NCBI GenBank assembly: GCA_049699715.1
Contig: JBNAVB010000003.1
Coordinates: 1 to 58,605, forward strand
Source: Candidatus Pacearchaeota archaeon
Lineage (GTDB): Archaea; Nanobdellota; Nanobdellia; Pacearchaeales; UBA284
Reading direction: 5' to 3'
DNA length: 58,605 nucleotides
In this document: in pieces, positions 30,364 to 41,064 of the stretch
Numbering within the stretch: the stretch's first letter is position 1
How the letters are laid out: every line of letters begins with the position of its first letter
Program-made: the position numbers and the translations under genes
Notes under the pieces: model-generated
What the model was told of the DNA's origin: nothing
What the model saw: only the letters and a program-made list of their open reading frames with translations
Database searches by the model: none

Positions 30364-30736
30364 ACTTTGAAATAATGGCTTTATAATATTCTTCATTATT
30401 TTTTATTATATTTTTAATCATTTTCTTTTTCTCTTCTTCCAGAAGATTTTTTGCTTTTTCGCTCGCATACCACCTCGTATATTTTAAAGTACAATCACAA
30501 TCAATAATTCTTGTCTTTAGATCACAAGTAAGATAGTAGAAAACTGGCGAATACATCCTTATTGCAGCGTCTCTTTCAAGATTATAGAGTTTACAGAGTT
30601 TATCTTCGAGCTTGTCTAAATCCCCGCCGTTCATAGAAATTCTAATTGACTCATCAATGCAAAATAAAACAAATTCCTCTAGAAAAATTTGCCCGTTATT
30701 TTTATTATTAAAATTTAAATTCTTTGATTGTTTCAT
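30338..30736 (-). CDS. Hypothetical protein
   Basis: 132-aa ORF at the end of a minus-strand run. Confidence 0.45.
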   Translation of the reverse strand: MKQSKNLNFNNKNNGQIFLEEFVLFCIDESIRISMNGGDLDKLEDKLCKLYNLERDAAIRMYSPVFYYLTCDLKTRIIDCDCTLKYTRWYASEKAKNLLEEEKKKMIKNIIKNNEEYYKAIISKFNLNTWLL

Positions 30737-31241
30737 AAATTGGCCCTTTTTCAGTTAAAGTTGATTTTTTGAGTGCAAAGCCGTGAACCTGGAATTCGAC
30801 TGGCTTAATCTTTATTTCCTTGAGCTTCTTAGAAAAACCTTCTTTATCCTTAATAAACTTAACTCTTGCTAAGGTCACATGACTTTCGAATACCTTATCT
30901 TTCTTGAATTTCTCTTTTTCTAGTATCAATTCAATTTGTTCGTGCAATTCTTTAACTTTCTCGCTAGGTTCCATTGAAACCCAGACTACTCTTAAAAAAC
31001 CCAAAGAAGGAAAAACACCTACCGAGCCAAGACTTGTTTTAAATTTTTCAAACTTCACGTTGTTCAACCTCTCTTTCACTTTATTTACCTGAAAATCCGA
31101 GAGCTCGCCAAGAAACTTGAGTGTTAAATGCAGATTTTCTGATTCTACAAGTTTCATGTTTGCTTCAGGAAGCTGTTTCTGTATCCTCACAAGTTCCTCT
31201 CGAACTTCTTCCGGCAGTTCTACAGCAAGAAAGCATCTCAT
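30708..31241 (-). CDS. thpR: RNA 2',3'-cyclic phosphodiesterase (2H family)
   Basis: MRCFLAV, HLTLKFLG, HVTLAR. Confidence 0.93.
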   Translation of the reverse strand: MRCFLAVELPEEVREELVRIQKQLPEANMKLVESENLHLTLKFLGELSDFQVNKVKERLNNVKFEKFKTSLGSVGVFPSLGFLRVVWVSMEPSEKVKELHEQIELILEKEKFKKDKVFESHVTLARVKFIKDKEGFSKKLKEIKIKPVEFQVHGFALKKSTLTEKGPIYETIKEFKF

Positions 31242-31255
31242 TTTAATACTCTAAA

Positions 31256-31876
31256 CTACTCTAAACCCTGTGGGGGTTTGTGCAGTTTCATTTTTGCAGT
31301 TACTGTTTTTATTCTATGATCTTTCAATTCTGCTTTGCTTAAGCCTATCAAGATTCCACAACCTATAAGTGCCAGAATTCCTACAACAATAAACACGGGC
31401 TCAAAACCAAATTTCGACGCAAGTTGAGAGCCAACAAAAGCTGCAACAGCAGTGCCTATTCCAACTGAACTTGAATAAATTGCCCATTCAAAACCCTTCT
31501 TGCCCTTAGCAAGATTGTTAGCAAACAATGAAAACCATGCAGGATTCGCTAAACCAGCTCCAAATCCATGAATTAGGGCAGCGATATAAATATGAGTTAC
31601 ATTAGTTGAAAAGAAATAAATAAATGGCACAACCGCAATAAAAAGAGTTCCTGTAACTGCCATTCTATAACGATGTTTTGGCTTAGCAATATGAGCAAAA
31701 ACCAACTGAAGGATACATCTAACAAAAGTTGTAATTGCTGCCACGATGCCTACAGTTGCAATACTGCCCCCAATCAAGTTTTCTTTAATGAAAATTGCCA
31801 TAATCGGCGATATTAAAGCAAAACCCGTCAACACGAATACATCAGAAAATATCAACAATTTCAATGTCTGATTCAT
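31256..31876 (-). CDS. Half-size (about 6 TM) MFS-like transporter
   Basis: Single MFS repeat, about 206 aa. Confidence 0.75.
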   Translation of the reverse strand: MNQTLKLLIFSDVFVLTGFALISPIMAIFIKENLIGGSIATVGIVAAITTFVRCILQLVFAHIAKPKHRYRMAVTGTLFIAVVPFIYFFSTNVTHIYIAALIHGFGAGLANPAWFSLFANNLAKGKKGFEWAIYSSSVGIGTAVAAFVGSQLASKFGFEPVFIVVGILALIGCGILIGLSKAELKDHRIKTVTAKMKLHKPPQGLE

Positions 31877-31898
31877 TTTTCCTCTTTTCACTTTCTCA

Positions 31899-32603
31899 CT
31901 AATTTTTCATTAATCTTAAGATTATCTTTCTTGCTAACTTAATGGTTTTTCCATTTAAATCCTTTTCTGGATTAACTTCAACTAAGTCAACTACCTTGGC
32001 CTTATCCTTTATTTTATCCAATAATCTATAAAAACCCGTAAGTTTCAGTCCTTTCTTTTCACGATAGCCGGTTCCCGGCGCGATAGCTGGATCAAATACA
32101 TCAATATCAATACTCAAATAAACATTACAATCCACTAAAGAATCTATCAAAGAATCAAGATTAGAATTAATTAAAACTTCTTTTCTCTTTTTTAGAAAAC
32201 TTGCTTCTTCTGGTTCAACTTTCCTCCCACCAATAAGAAAAATTTTGTCAAACAAGTTTTCTTCTATAACTGCCCTTAACCATTCTTCATGTGTTGGCTC
32301 TTTCATTCTTGGCATGCAATCCACATGAGCATCAAAAACAACAAGACATTTTTTCTTTTTCGAGACCTTGGAAAATGCCTTCACAAGAGGATAAGAAATT
32401 GAATGATCTCCGCCTATAAATAAGACTTTTTCTTTTGTTTTCAAAAATCTTAAAGCTTCTTTATAAATTTTCTCTGTTGATTCTTTAATATTATCGTTAT
32501 TGACAATTATTTCTTCATCATTTTTCACTAGAATACTAGGAGCTTTTTCACAGCCAATTGTTTTTCCAAGACCATTGATAAAAGGAACTTTAACAATTAA
32601 CAT
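31899..32603 (-). CDS. Arginase/agmatinase family protein
   Basis: GGDHSISY, FDAHVD, SIDIDVFDP, DLVEVNP. Confidence 0.92.
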   Translation of the reverse strand: MLIVKVPFINGLGKTIGCEKAPSILVKNDEEIIVNNDNIKESTEKIYKEALRFLKTKEKVLFIGGDHSISYPLVKAFSKVSKKKKCLVVFDAHVDCMPRMKEPTHEEWLRAVIEENLFDKIFLIGGRKVEPEEASFLKKRKEVLINSNLDSLIDSLVDCNVYLSIDIDVFDPAIAPGTGYREKKGLKLTGFYRLLDKIKDKAKVVDLVEVNPEKDLNGKTIKLARKIILRLMKN

Positions 32604-32604
32604 C

Positions 32605-33804
32605 CTATTTCGGCACGACAGCCGCGAAAACATAATTTTTTATTTTAGCTATATTCTTAACATCTTTTAGTTTTACTTCAGAGATTTTTTCATCATAATT
32701 ATAGAAGTCTTCGGCCTTAGTTGCAATTTCTTGGAATGTTATTGATGCGGCGGTCTTCTCGCTGTCTTCAAGATCGAGCTGCCAGTTTCCAATACACTGC
32801 TCTTTAGCTTCTTCTAAGTCTCTAAGCTTTAACGCTTTGAATTTTTTTATTTCTTTCAATATAATTTCCTTAACTTTCTTCAAGTTCTCTTTATTGATGC
32901 CGGCATAAACAACGCAATACCCATAATCTTTCTCATTTTCAATAAAGCTTTTTATTGTATAAGCCCATCCTCTTTTTTCTCTAACCTCTTGAAAAAGCCA
33001 GGATGACATCCCTTGGCCAAGAATCGCATTAAATAAATCTGCAGGGTATTTCTGTTTATCGCTTAATTTTGGGGAGTTAAACGCAAGAGTTAAATGTGCC
33101 TGGTTAATATCTTTCCTTTTTTCAATAAATTCCGCATTCTTGTCTGCAGGAAGTAAATTTAACTTTGGCAGCGGATTTCTGTAAGAATTAAAGTTCTTCT
33201 TGGCGATTTCTTCTATAGTTTCTACATCCGCGTCGCCAACAACGGAAATCACAGAATTTTCAGCGCCATAAAATTTATCGTGCCATCTTATAAATGTCTC
33301 GCGATCGAAACTCATGACGGTCTCTTTGTTGCCCAAAATCGGCAACCCAAATGGTTTTTTGTAAAGCAGCTCTTTGGCTTTATTAAATAAGAAGTTCATT
33401 GGTAAATCATGAGTTCTTTTAATTTCAGACACTATAACTCCTTTCTCCTTTTCTATTTCGTTCTTGTCAAATTTTGGGTTCGCAAACATATCAAAAACAA
33501 TATCTGCCCCCAAAGTAGCCTGTTTTGATGGCATTTTACACCAAAAAGCTGTGATCTGTTCAGCAGTAAATCCATTCAAAATGCCGCCTGCCTTTTCTAT
33601 CGAGCTTGAGATGGTTTTTTGTTCTCGCGATTTTGAGCCCTTGAAAAGCATGTGTTCTGTAAAATGCGCTATGCCTTTATTGTTCTCACTCTCATAAGCT
33701 GCCCCAGCTCTAGTCGCTGCGATAATAGTCACCACAGGTAGATTTCTCTTTTCGAACAATAACGTCGCCCCATTTTTTAGTCGTGTTTTATAAAATTCGG
33801 TCAT
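32605..33804 (-). CDS. M16 family zinc peptidase
   Basis: Inverted HxxEH (HFTEH), LFQEVREKRG. Confidence 0.93.
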   Translation of the reverse strand: MTEFYKTRLKNGATLLFEKRNLPVVTIIAATRAGAAYESENNKGIAHFTEHMLFKGSKSREQKTISSSIEKAGGILNGFTAEQITAFWCKMPSKQATLGADIVFDMFANPKFDKNEIEKEKGVIVSEIKRTHDLPMNFLFNKAKELLYKKPFGLPILGNKETVMSFDRETFIRWHDKFYGAENSVISVVGDADVETIEEIAKKNFNSYRNPLPKLNLLPADKNAEFIEKRKDINQAHLTLAFNSPKLSDKQKYPADLFNAILGQGMSSWLFQEVREKRGWAYTIKSFIENEKDYGYCVVYAGINKENLKKVKEIILKEIKKFKALKLRDLEEAKEQCIGNWQLDLEDSEKTAASITFQEIATKAEDFYNYDEKISEVKLKDVKNIAKIKNYVFAAVVPK

Positions 33805-34242
33805 GTCTATAATTGTTTGCCCCCGTTTAAATGGTTTTCTATAACTATGGTATTCTCTAAACTCGTTTCCATGTTAAAATATATTAAATAATATATGTAA
33901 GGCAACGACATAATGTATTTAAAGAAAAATGTTGATAATAGATTAAGGCTTTCGGGGGAAATATGAATAAGCCAAATGACTTCATTTCTTGTATTTTTTT
34001 TATTTCTTAATTTCTTCTTCTCTTTCTTTTTTTATTTTTCCGTTGTGAAGCACTACAATTTCTTGTAGCTAAAGGAATTTCAGCACAAATTATAGTAGCC
34101 CATAAAATTTTGCCGTCGCAAACCAAAAAATTAGGTTTTGACCCTTCTTTGTCGCAGGGGAAAAGTTTAAATATTTCTGTTGGTGGGTATTTTACACAAA
34201 AAGTAATGAAAGGGATCCAAAGGCTGAGAGTGAGGAGAAGAA

Positions 34243-34485
34243 ATGTCAATGACAGCGGGCGGATGCCGCGATTTGAGAAAATACATGAATGATCCCAAAA
34301 CTCTGGAAATCTTTGGCAAATTAATTAGCGGCAGGAGTGGTTATGTTCCTGTTGTAGAGAAGCGCGTTGAGATTTTATATTGCAAAGGTTGCCATCTTCA
34401 GTTGAGTGGCGAGGAGAAATTCTGTCCAGAATGCGGCACGAAGGTCGTCAAAGAAGAGCCGAAAAAAGAAGAAGAAATGCAATAG
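34243..34485 (+). CDS. Small zinc-ribbon protein
   Basis: CKGC...FCPECG; GAGGAG RBS. Confidence 0.75.
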   Translation: MSMTAGGCRDLRKYMNDPKTLEIFGKLISGRSGYVPVVEKRVEILYCKGCHLQLSGEEKFCPECGTKVVKEEPKKEEEMQ

Positions 34486-34501
34486 ATTTAACAAGATAAA
34501 C

Positions 34502-35461
34502 TTATCTGAAGTTCTTTCGTATCGGTGCTATAATCTTTTCTAAGTGTTCTATAACAGCGTTTTTCAAATCTAATGGATGTAGCTTGCCCTCTTTGTAAGC
34601 TATTTCCAATTGATTGTAGCTAGAAAACTCAATAACACCCCCGAACTTCGCGGGCCTTACTATTTTTATTGATTTTATTCTTGGAAAGATGATAAGTTTT
34701 ACTATCTGCAACACAGGATTGTTCTCAATAATTTTTTCAGGACAGTAAGCATCTTGAAGCGTTCTTTTAATCTCGTCATAAGAATCTGTAACTGCGATTC
34801 CAGAGCCAGGAACACTCTTTGACATTTTCTCACCAGGGTCTTTCAATGAAGTTATTAATGGGGTGTGCAAAGCGACATAATTCCACCCTAACAATTTTTC
34901 TTCTTCTCTGCCAAGGACATGGACTTTTCTTTGTTCCAAGCCGCCCAAAGCCAAATCAACTTGTAAATGCTTTACATCAACAATCTGCATTAAAGGATAT
35001 AGCAACTGTGATATTGTTGCATGTTCTATGTCCCTCGCAATCTCTTGCATACATCTCAGCCCCCTGTTAATCGTGGTTTTTTGTGCAAGCTTTATGACAT
35101 CAAGTTGATAATCTTTCTGGAACTGAAAACTGCTTCCTAGAACTATCTCTGCCTTCAACCCTATCGCTTTGATGGTTTTTTTCCATGCGTTTACCTCTTT
35201 AGCAATTTCCTTGCCAGCGCCTTTCCTATTTAAAAAAGCGTGAACATCCGCGAGTAGAATCTTTACCTTAAATCCCGCTTTCTCTAGCTCTTGAAGTTTA
35301 GTTATAGTTACGAAATGCCCAAGGTGCAATGGTCCTGAAGGCTCGTAACCGCAATAAACAACTGGCTTTGTTTTTTTCCTTAGCAATTCCATCAACTCCG
35401 GTTCTGTCAACACTTCAACAACATTTCTTCTGATAAGCGCAAGCCTCTTTTCCGCATCCAT
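34502..35461 (-). CDS. tyrS: Tyrosine--tRNA ligase
   Basis: GYEPSG, HLGH, YPLMQ, KMSKS. Confidence 0.96.
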   Translation of the reverse strand: MDAEKRLALIRRNVVEVLTEPELMELLRKKTKPVVYCGYEPSGPLHLGHFVTITKLQELEKAGFKVKILLADVHAFLNRKGAGKEIAKEVNAWKKTIKAIGLKAEIVLGSSFQFQKDYQLDVIKLAQKTTINRGLRCMQEIARDIEHATISQLLYPLMQIVDVKHLQVDLALGGLEQRKVHVLGREEEKLLGWNYVALHTPLITSLKDPGEKMSKSVPGSGIAVTDSYDEIKRTLQDAYCPEKIIENNPVLQIVKLIIFPRIKSIKIVRPAKFGGVIEFSSYNQLEIAYKEGKLHPLDLKNAVIEHLEKIIAPIRKNFR

Positions 35462-35530
35462 AGAATCATCAAGAAAGAAAGTTTTTTATAGTTTTCTACA
35501 ATAAGAATTATATAAAAGAGGCAAAAAAAG

Positions 35531-35959
35531 ATGGATTATATCACGCTCATCTTAAGGCTTTTAATCGTAACTTTACTTTCGGGCTTAATAGGATGGGAAA
35601 GGGAAGCTTATAGGGTTCTTGTCAAGGGAACAGCAGGATTAAGGACACATATGCTTGTGGGGCTTGCTGCGGCATTACTCACTATTATCAGCTTGCATTT
35701 CTTCGAGATTTATGGAAGCACTGCTGATCCCGGCAGAATTGTAAGTTATATTATTTTAGGGATAGGTTTTATAAGCGCGGGCACAATAATGGCATCGAAA
35801 AAGGGGGTGATTGGCTTGACAACAGCCGCCTCTATATGGCTTGTTTCTGCTGTAGGAATCTCAGTAGCATTGGGGCTTTATCTGCCAGCGGTTGTAACCA
35901 CAGTAATAGCATTGATTATTTTAGAGTTTTGGAGATTTGAGAAAAAAAGTACGGATTAA
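35531..35959 (+). CDS. MgtC/SapB family protein
   Basis: IGWERE, AGLRTH, GLTTAASIW. Confidence 0.92.
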   Translation: MDYITLILRLLIVTLLSGLIGWEREAYRVLVKGTAGLRTHMLVGLAAALLTIISLHFFEIYGSTADPGRIVSYIILGIGFISAGTIMASKKGVIGLTTAASIWLVSAVGISVALGLYLPAVVTTVIALIILEFWRFEKKSTD

Positions 35960-35969
35960 GAGAGCAACA

Positions 35970-36314
35970 ATGGAAAACAGAGCGCTCTTAAAACTTTCTT
36001 TAGTAATTGCGTTAGTCAGTATTTTTATTATTACGATTCTTGCAACTAATTTAGAGCCCCCTGTAAGGAAAATAGCCACTATCAATGAAAGAAGCCTTGA
36101 CGAGTGGGTCAAAATCCAAGGGGAAGTGACTCAACAAAAGGAATATGAGAATCTGAAAATAATAACTGTCCATGACGATACCGCAAGCATTAATTGTGTT
36201 CTTAGATTTGATACTGAACCTCTCGAGAACAGAACCGTTGAGATCTTAGGTAAAGTAATTGATTACAAGGGAGATTTTGAAATAGATGTAAGTAGATTAT
36301 TCATAATAAAATGA
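35970..36314 (+). CDS. Membrane-anchored OB-fold protein
   Basis: N-terminal TM plus VKIQGEV...DDTASI...VEILGKV. Confidence 0.7.
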   Translation: MENRALLKLSLVIALVSIFIITILATNLEPPVRKIATINERSLDEWVKIQGEVTQQKEYENLKIITVHDDTASINCVLRFDTEPLENRTVEILGKVIDYKGDFEIDVSRLFIIK

Positions 36315-37516
36315 TTGAACAGATTTTCCTGGCAATTTTGATTGGGATAATCGCGGGAACTTTCACCGGCCTCTTTCCAGGAATCCATATCAATCTTGTG
36401 GCTATGCTCCTTTTTGTTTTATCAGCTTTCTTTTTACAGTTCACTTCTCCGATAGTGCTAGCAACTTTCATTGTTGCAATGACAGTCACACATTGTTTTC
36501 TTGATTTTATTCCATCAGTATTCTTGGGTGCGCCAAATGAAGACACGGCATTGAGCATTTTACCCGGCCATAGGATGTTAATGGAAGGTCAAGGCTATAG
36601 CGCGATAAAATTAACAACAATCGGCGCTTTCTTCGGAGTGTTAATTGCTCTCGCCCTTACTCCTCTATTTATAGCGACTGCGCCATTGTTTTATCCCATT
36701 CTTACAAAAATAATGGCTTTTCTACTAATTACGATAGTCGCCTTCTTAGTTTTCAGTGAAGAGAAAAAATTCTGGGCATTTTTTATCTTTTCTCTTTCAG
36801 GGATCCTAGGATTAGCTGCAATGAATTTAACTGTAATCAATCAACCCCTGTTCCCACTTTTTTCGGGCTTGTTTGGAACCTCTCTTCTTTCTATGAGTTT
36901 TTTGCAAAACGTAGTGATCCCAAAACAAAAGATTCAGAAAATAAATATTGATAAGAAAGATATGGCTAAGACTTTTGGATTGAGCATCATTGCTTCATCT
37001 CTTGTTTCATTTTTGCCTGGCGTAGGCAGCGCACAGGCAGCTACAATAGCCTCTGCATTCAAGAAATTCGAAAAAAAGAATTTTTTGCTATTATTAGGGG
37101 CAGTAAGTACAATAACTATGATATTAAGTTTTGTTGCGCTCTATGCAATCCAAAAGCCGAGAAGTGGAGTCGCGGTCTTTGCAGGGAAATTTTTGCCATA
37201 TCTTAGCTTACGACATCTTATGCTTTTGTTGTTCGCAGGACTAGTCGCAGCAAGCTTCTCTGTTTTTCTCTCGTTGTTTTTTGCAAGAATTTTTTCAAAG
37301 GGAATAGTAAAAGTAAATTACAAATGGCTATGTTTTTTAATCATTCTATTTATTATTATACTTTCCTTAGTCCTTTCTGGCCCGCTTTCTTTATTGATTC
37401 TTATTGCAGGCACATCTATCGGCATAGCTACGAGTTTAATTGGAATCAAGAAAATTCATATGATGGGTTCTTTGCTATTGCCTGTAATAATATGGCATTT
37501 ATCATCAGTGTTTTAA
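36311..37516 (+). CDS. TctA-like (DUF112) membrane protein
   Basis: GLFPGIHIN, FIPSVFLGAP, LPGH. Confidence 0.85.
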   Translation: MIEQIFLAILIGIIAGTFTGLFPGIHINLVAMLLFVLSAFFLQFTSPIVLATFIVAMTVTHCFLDFIPSVFLGAPNEDTALSILPGHRMLMEGQGYSAIKLTTIGAFFGVLIALALTPLFIATAPLFYPILTKIMAFLLITIVAFLVFSEEKKFWAFFIFSLSGILGLAAMNLTVINQPLFPLFSGLFGTSLLSMSFLQNVVIPKQKIQKINIDKKDMAKTFGLSIIASSLVSFLPGVGSAQAATIASAFKKFEKKNFLLLLGAVSTITMILSFVALYAIQKPRSGVAVFAGKFLPYLSLRHLMLLLFAGLVAASFSVFLSLFFARIFSKGIVKVNYKWLCFLIILFIIILSLVLSGPLSLLILIAGTSIGIATSLIGIKKIHMMGSLLLPVIIWHLSSVF

Positions 37517-40500
37517 TCAAAAAAACTTCTTCAGATTTTGTTGTTTTTCAGTCTCTTTACCAAACATGCTTTCTATTGCTGCCTTGGTTATTTCTAAACT
37601 TTGTCTGATGTATGCAGACACATTATAGTTTTTGGCAAGCTGAATCGCGGGCTCAAGATACTTGATAATAGAACCTTCTGCAATTGTGAAAATTATCCTG
37701 CCGCCGCACTTCAAACATTTTCCGGCAAGCGGCGGCCTTCGATATTTCTCATTACAATCAACACATCTGAACTGCTGCTGCGTGAATTTATTGAAATTTC
37801 CTTTGATATCGCGCATAAAATGCCTGTCAATTATGAGCCTTGCCATATCGGATTCATCAACTGCTCTGAGTTTTTTCGCGAGATCCATCTGTTTGAAAAG
37901 TTTGTCTTGCATGGCCACGAGAGTTTTGTAAGAGCTGCATAAAATTCCTTGATTGACATCTGTTGTTTGATGTGTGTAATAAAGATTTTTGAAAGCGTCA
38001 AACTCTCCTCCCGATTTTATCCTGTCACTTATCTGTTCTATCTTGACAGTATTTGGCATCATCTCCTTTTCAGCAGCCATATAAAGCTCCAGAGGATATT
38101 CTTTCACAACATCAATATCAAAAATCATGTCATCAACTTCAGAGGGTCGTATTCTCGAGTTCAAAATCAATGGTGCGTCTTGTGTTGCGCCACGATGTGC
38201 TGGCAAATATTCCCTAGAAAAGTTGATCAAAGCATCAAGAAGCAGCATTATGGCGGCTTCATCTCCATCACAATCTCGCCTCATGGCAGCATGCATATAT
38301 GGTGAAGCCAAAAAGCTTTGAGTTTTGCTGAATCCTATAATTCTTCCTACAACTCCTGCGCAATTGTGGGGGGCCATGCATAGAAGCAAATGCCCTACGA
38401 GCTCTTCTTTTTTCTTGATGTTAAAAAAAGGTTTCATCCCATAAAGGTTCACCAATAATGCATCCACAAACTTTGCAACATTGAAAAATGTTACATCTGA
38501 AGGTTCATCAGAGGAAGTGTCAGAGCAGGGAAGTATAACATCGTGCGGCATCAACTCTAAAATTTGTGAATCATTTTCTAGTTCCTTGCCATGAATATCT
38601 TTTTTATATCCTAACTCCTTGAGTTTTTCTACAGAAACGCCTATTTCACGTGGCTTGAATTGGGTTATGGGTATTTCGCTGGCATCATACCTTATCGTAC
38701 CATCTTTATTAACATGTAAATTCAAGAGCGCGCGCAGGATTCCCTTACCCATATGCTCGGGAATATGGTTCACAGAGCTCGTTCCTCTCACGCCTTTAAC
38801 TAACATTGGTAGTTCCTTTTGATTCAACAATTTTACAGCATAATCAAAATAATGCTTAATATCAACATTCCGTTCATAAAAGGTTTTGGCTTTGCCATGC
38901 AATGGGCACAATTCTGTTGGAATCTTTCTCGAGCATTGTGGGCAGAAAAAAAACTGTTTCGTCTTGCTTCCGCATTTCTCGCAGATATAATAAACAGTTT
39001 CAGTCTTGCAGTTCTCACAGAAATATATTGGAAAATCCGCTTTCACAAAACCTTTTTCGATGGCAGCCATCACACTTCTCAACTTCCCCCCTTCTTCGCC
39101 TACAGGAAATAAAACATGTGGCGAGCCAGTTAATTCACGGGGTTTTGCTTTCTCTGGCCTGCCCATTCTCGCCCCTATGAAAGTTCCTGCTTTATCCTTT
39201 ATTCTTAATTTTGAAAATTGGTTAAGCACATCCAAAATGTTTTTTTGTTGCATTTCTTGTTTGTTCTTTTGCAAATTTTCGAATATCTCTGAAACATTGT
39301 TAAAATTGCTAAGATCCTGTTGCAATCCAAGATTCACGGCTAATGATCTCGCCTCTGGATTATCAATAACTACGCTCGCAGTAGCAACCCTATGTTCAAC
39401 TCCTAAGATTTCTAATGATCTCTTTGCCCTTTCAAGTTCTTCGCGCCGATGAGTTTCATAAGGCAAATCGATTTTTCCTTCACGGATTGTCGCCTCGCTG
39501 AGCCATTTCATTAGTTCAAAAAACTGTTCAAAACTTATCTGGCTCCAGAAAAAAATGTATTTTGGATGCAAGGGCATGTTAAAAAGCTGTGATATTTTAA
39601 TTGCGTCCTCTATCGAAGGCTCATGTTTGTCAAGATATTGCAATGAGCGCTGAATATCTTCAAGTTCGCTTTGGCTTTTTCCTATAAGCATTTCAGGATT
39701 AGAATATTTCGTCGCGATTTCTTTGAGTTCGGCTAACCACCATTCATTATTATAACCACAAGGCAAAAGCGACTGGTTTCTGTTAAAAAAATCTCCATAA
39801 GCAATAAGAATGTCGCCATTGTAAAGAATCTCTTCAACTTTATCATCTATCTTGTCGGCCATCTCTCTTGTATTAACCTTAGTCACAGAACCGTCCTTTA
39901 ACTTTACAATAGGTCCTTCGATATCATCACAAACGCCCACTGCTGCAGCCTTCATTGGTTTTTCTAGCTTAAGCTGGGTTCCGAATGCAATGAATCCATT
40001 GAGAAGCTTCATTGTCGCGGGATGTAAAGCTATAGCACTATAGCCGCTACAACGCGATCTTCCGTAACGCAACCTGAAAGCTCCGGAATAAGAAGGATGC
40101 CCAAAAATTGGCCTGCCTGCAACCGCATCTTGGATATAAGTCCCGGTTGCGGCCTGTTTTTTTTCCTTTATTATCTCTCTTTGCATATTAACAAAATCTT
40201 CAAGAAAATCCCAATCGGGGAGTTTGAATCCTTTCGCTCTCAGCTTCTGTACTATTTTCAAAAGCTTAGGGGCTTTTTGTGTTAATGATTCGCCTATTAC
40301 AAGGCAGACTCCATTTCTCAACCGATTGGTATGAACTCGCTCCAGATCCTTATAATTGCTAACTTCCCTTTCTTCAGAAGGCAACCCTTCGATTTGTATA
40401 GGGAGATTTCTAACAAAAAAATCGATCTCTTTCTCGGAAGGAAGATATTGTAGATTGGTTACTCTTTCATGATAATCATAAAGCTCTGTTATGGTTCTTT

Positions 40501-41047
40501 TTATTTCAATCTCTGTAGGATCGTATTTGGCGTAACCAAACACGTTTCGCAAATAATCAATGATGACTACAGCGAATGCCGCCGCTGTCGTTCCAGCACT
40601 CCTTATTGGCCCTGAAAAAAATACCGCCCAGTAATCTTCGCCTTTTTTTGTTTTGCGCACTTCAAAATGTGTGAAGCCTTCGAGTGGAGGCACTACAACA
40701 CCCAAAGTATAATAAGCGAATGCGACCCTTATCCCAGCATCAATAGCTTCGAGCAAACTCGAGAACTTGCAAAACCTTTCTTTCGCAATCTCTTCAGCTA
40801 TAGTTAAACAGACAGCATGATCTAAGAACCCATATTCTTTTTCAAGCTCTCGAATCCTTGCTTCGACTTTTGGATTATTGATTTGGGGATATATTGTTCC
40901 AACAAGCGCCATTGCCCTCTGAGCGAGATTCGTAGCAAGAGAAATCTCAACTATATCTTTGGGATCATAGCCTTTGGCTCTTGCCTGCTTCGCTATCTCA
41001 TAAAGCTCATTAGTTCTGTCCTGAATCTCTTTGAAATAATGTTGCAT
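37517..41047 (-). CDS. polC: DNA polymerase D large subunit DP2
   Basis: GPIRSAG, FRLRYGRSR, IGARMGRPEK, RRDCDGDE, Zn fingers; no intein. Confidence 0.97.
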   Translation of the reverse strand: MQHYFKEIQDRTNELYEIAKQARAKGYDPKDIVEISLATNLAQRAMALVGTIYPQINNPKVEARIRELEKEYGFLDHAVCLTIAEEIAKERFCKFSSLLEAIDAGIRVAFAYYTLGVVVPPLEGFTHFEVRKTKKGEDYWAVFFSGPIRSAGTTAAAFAVVIIDYLRNVFGYAKYDPTEIEIKRTITELYDYHERVTNLQYLPSEKEIDFFVRNLPIQIEGLPSEEREVSNYKDLERVHTNRLRNGVCLVIGESLTQKAPKLLKIVQKLRAKGFKLPDWDFLEDFVNMQREIIKEKKQAATGTYIQDAVAGRPIFGHPSYSGAFRLRYGRSRCSGYSAIALHPATMKLLNGFIAFGTQLKLEKPMKAAAVGVCDDIEGPIVKLKDGSVTKVNTREMADKIDDKVEEILYNGDILIAYGDFFNRNQSLLPCGYNNEWWLAELKEIATKYSNPEMLIGKSQSELEDIQRSLQYLDKHEPSIEDAIKISQLFNMPLHPKYIFFWSQISFEQFFELMKWLSEATIREGKIDLPYETHRREELERAKRSLEILGVEHRVATASVVIDNPEARSLAVNLGLQQDLSNFNNVSEIFENLQKNKQEMQQKNILDVLNQFSKLRIKDKAGTFIGARMGRPEKAKPRELTGSPHVLFPVGEEGGKLRSVMAAIEKGFVKADFPIYFCENCKTETVYYICEKCGSKTKQFFFCPQCSRKIPTELCPLHGKAKTFYERNVDIKHYFDYAVKLLNQKELPMLVKGVRGTSSVNHIPEHMGKGILRALLNLHVNKDGTIRYDASEIPITQFKPREIGVSVEKLKELGYKKDIHGKELENDSQILELMPHDVILPCSDTSSDEPSDVTFFNVAKFVDALLVNLYGMKPFFNIKKKEELVGHLLLCMAPHNCAGVVGRIIGFSKTQSFLASPYMHAAMRRDCDGDEAAIMLLLDALINFSREYLPAHRGATQDAPLILNSRIRPSEVDDMIFDIDVVKEYPLELYMAAEKEMMPNTVKIEQISDRIKSGGEFDAFKNLYYTHQTTDVNQGILCSSYKTLVAMQDKLFKQMDLAKKLRAVDESDMARLIIDRHFMRDIKGNFNKFTQQQFRCVDCNEKYRRPPLAGKCLKCGGRIIFTIAEGSIIKYLEPAIQLAKNYNVSAYIRQSLEITKAAIESMFGKETEKQQNLKKFF

Positions 41048-41064
41048 TTTTTATCCTATAGTTT

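Noticed and set aside
26714-41047. Inteins in NrdJ or DP2 (also RadA, Cdc6, Lhr)
   Set aside because: Lengths are normal and no intein motifs are visible
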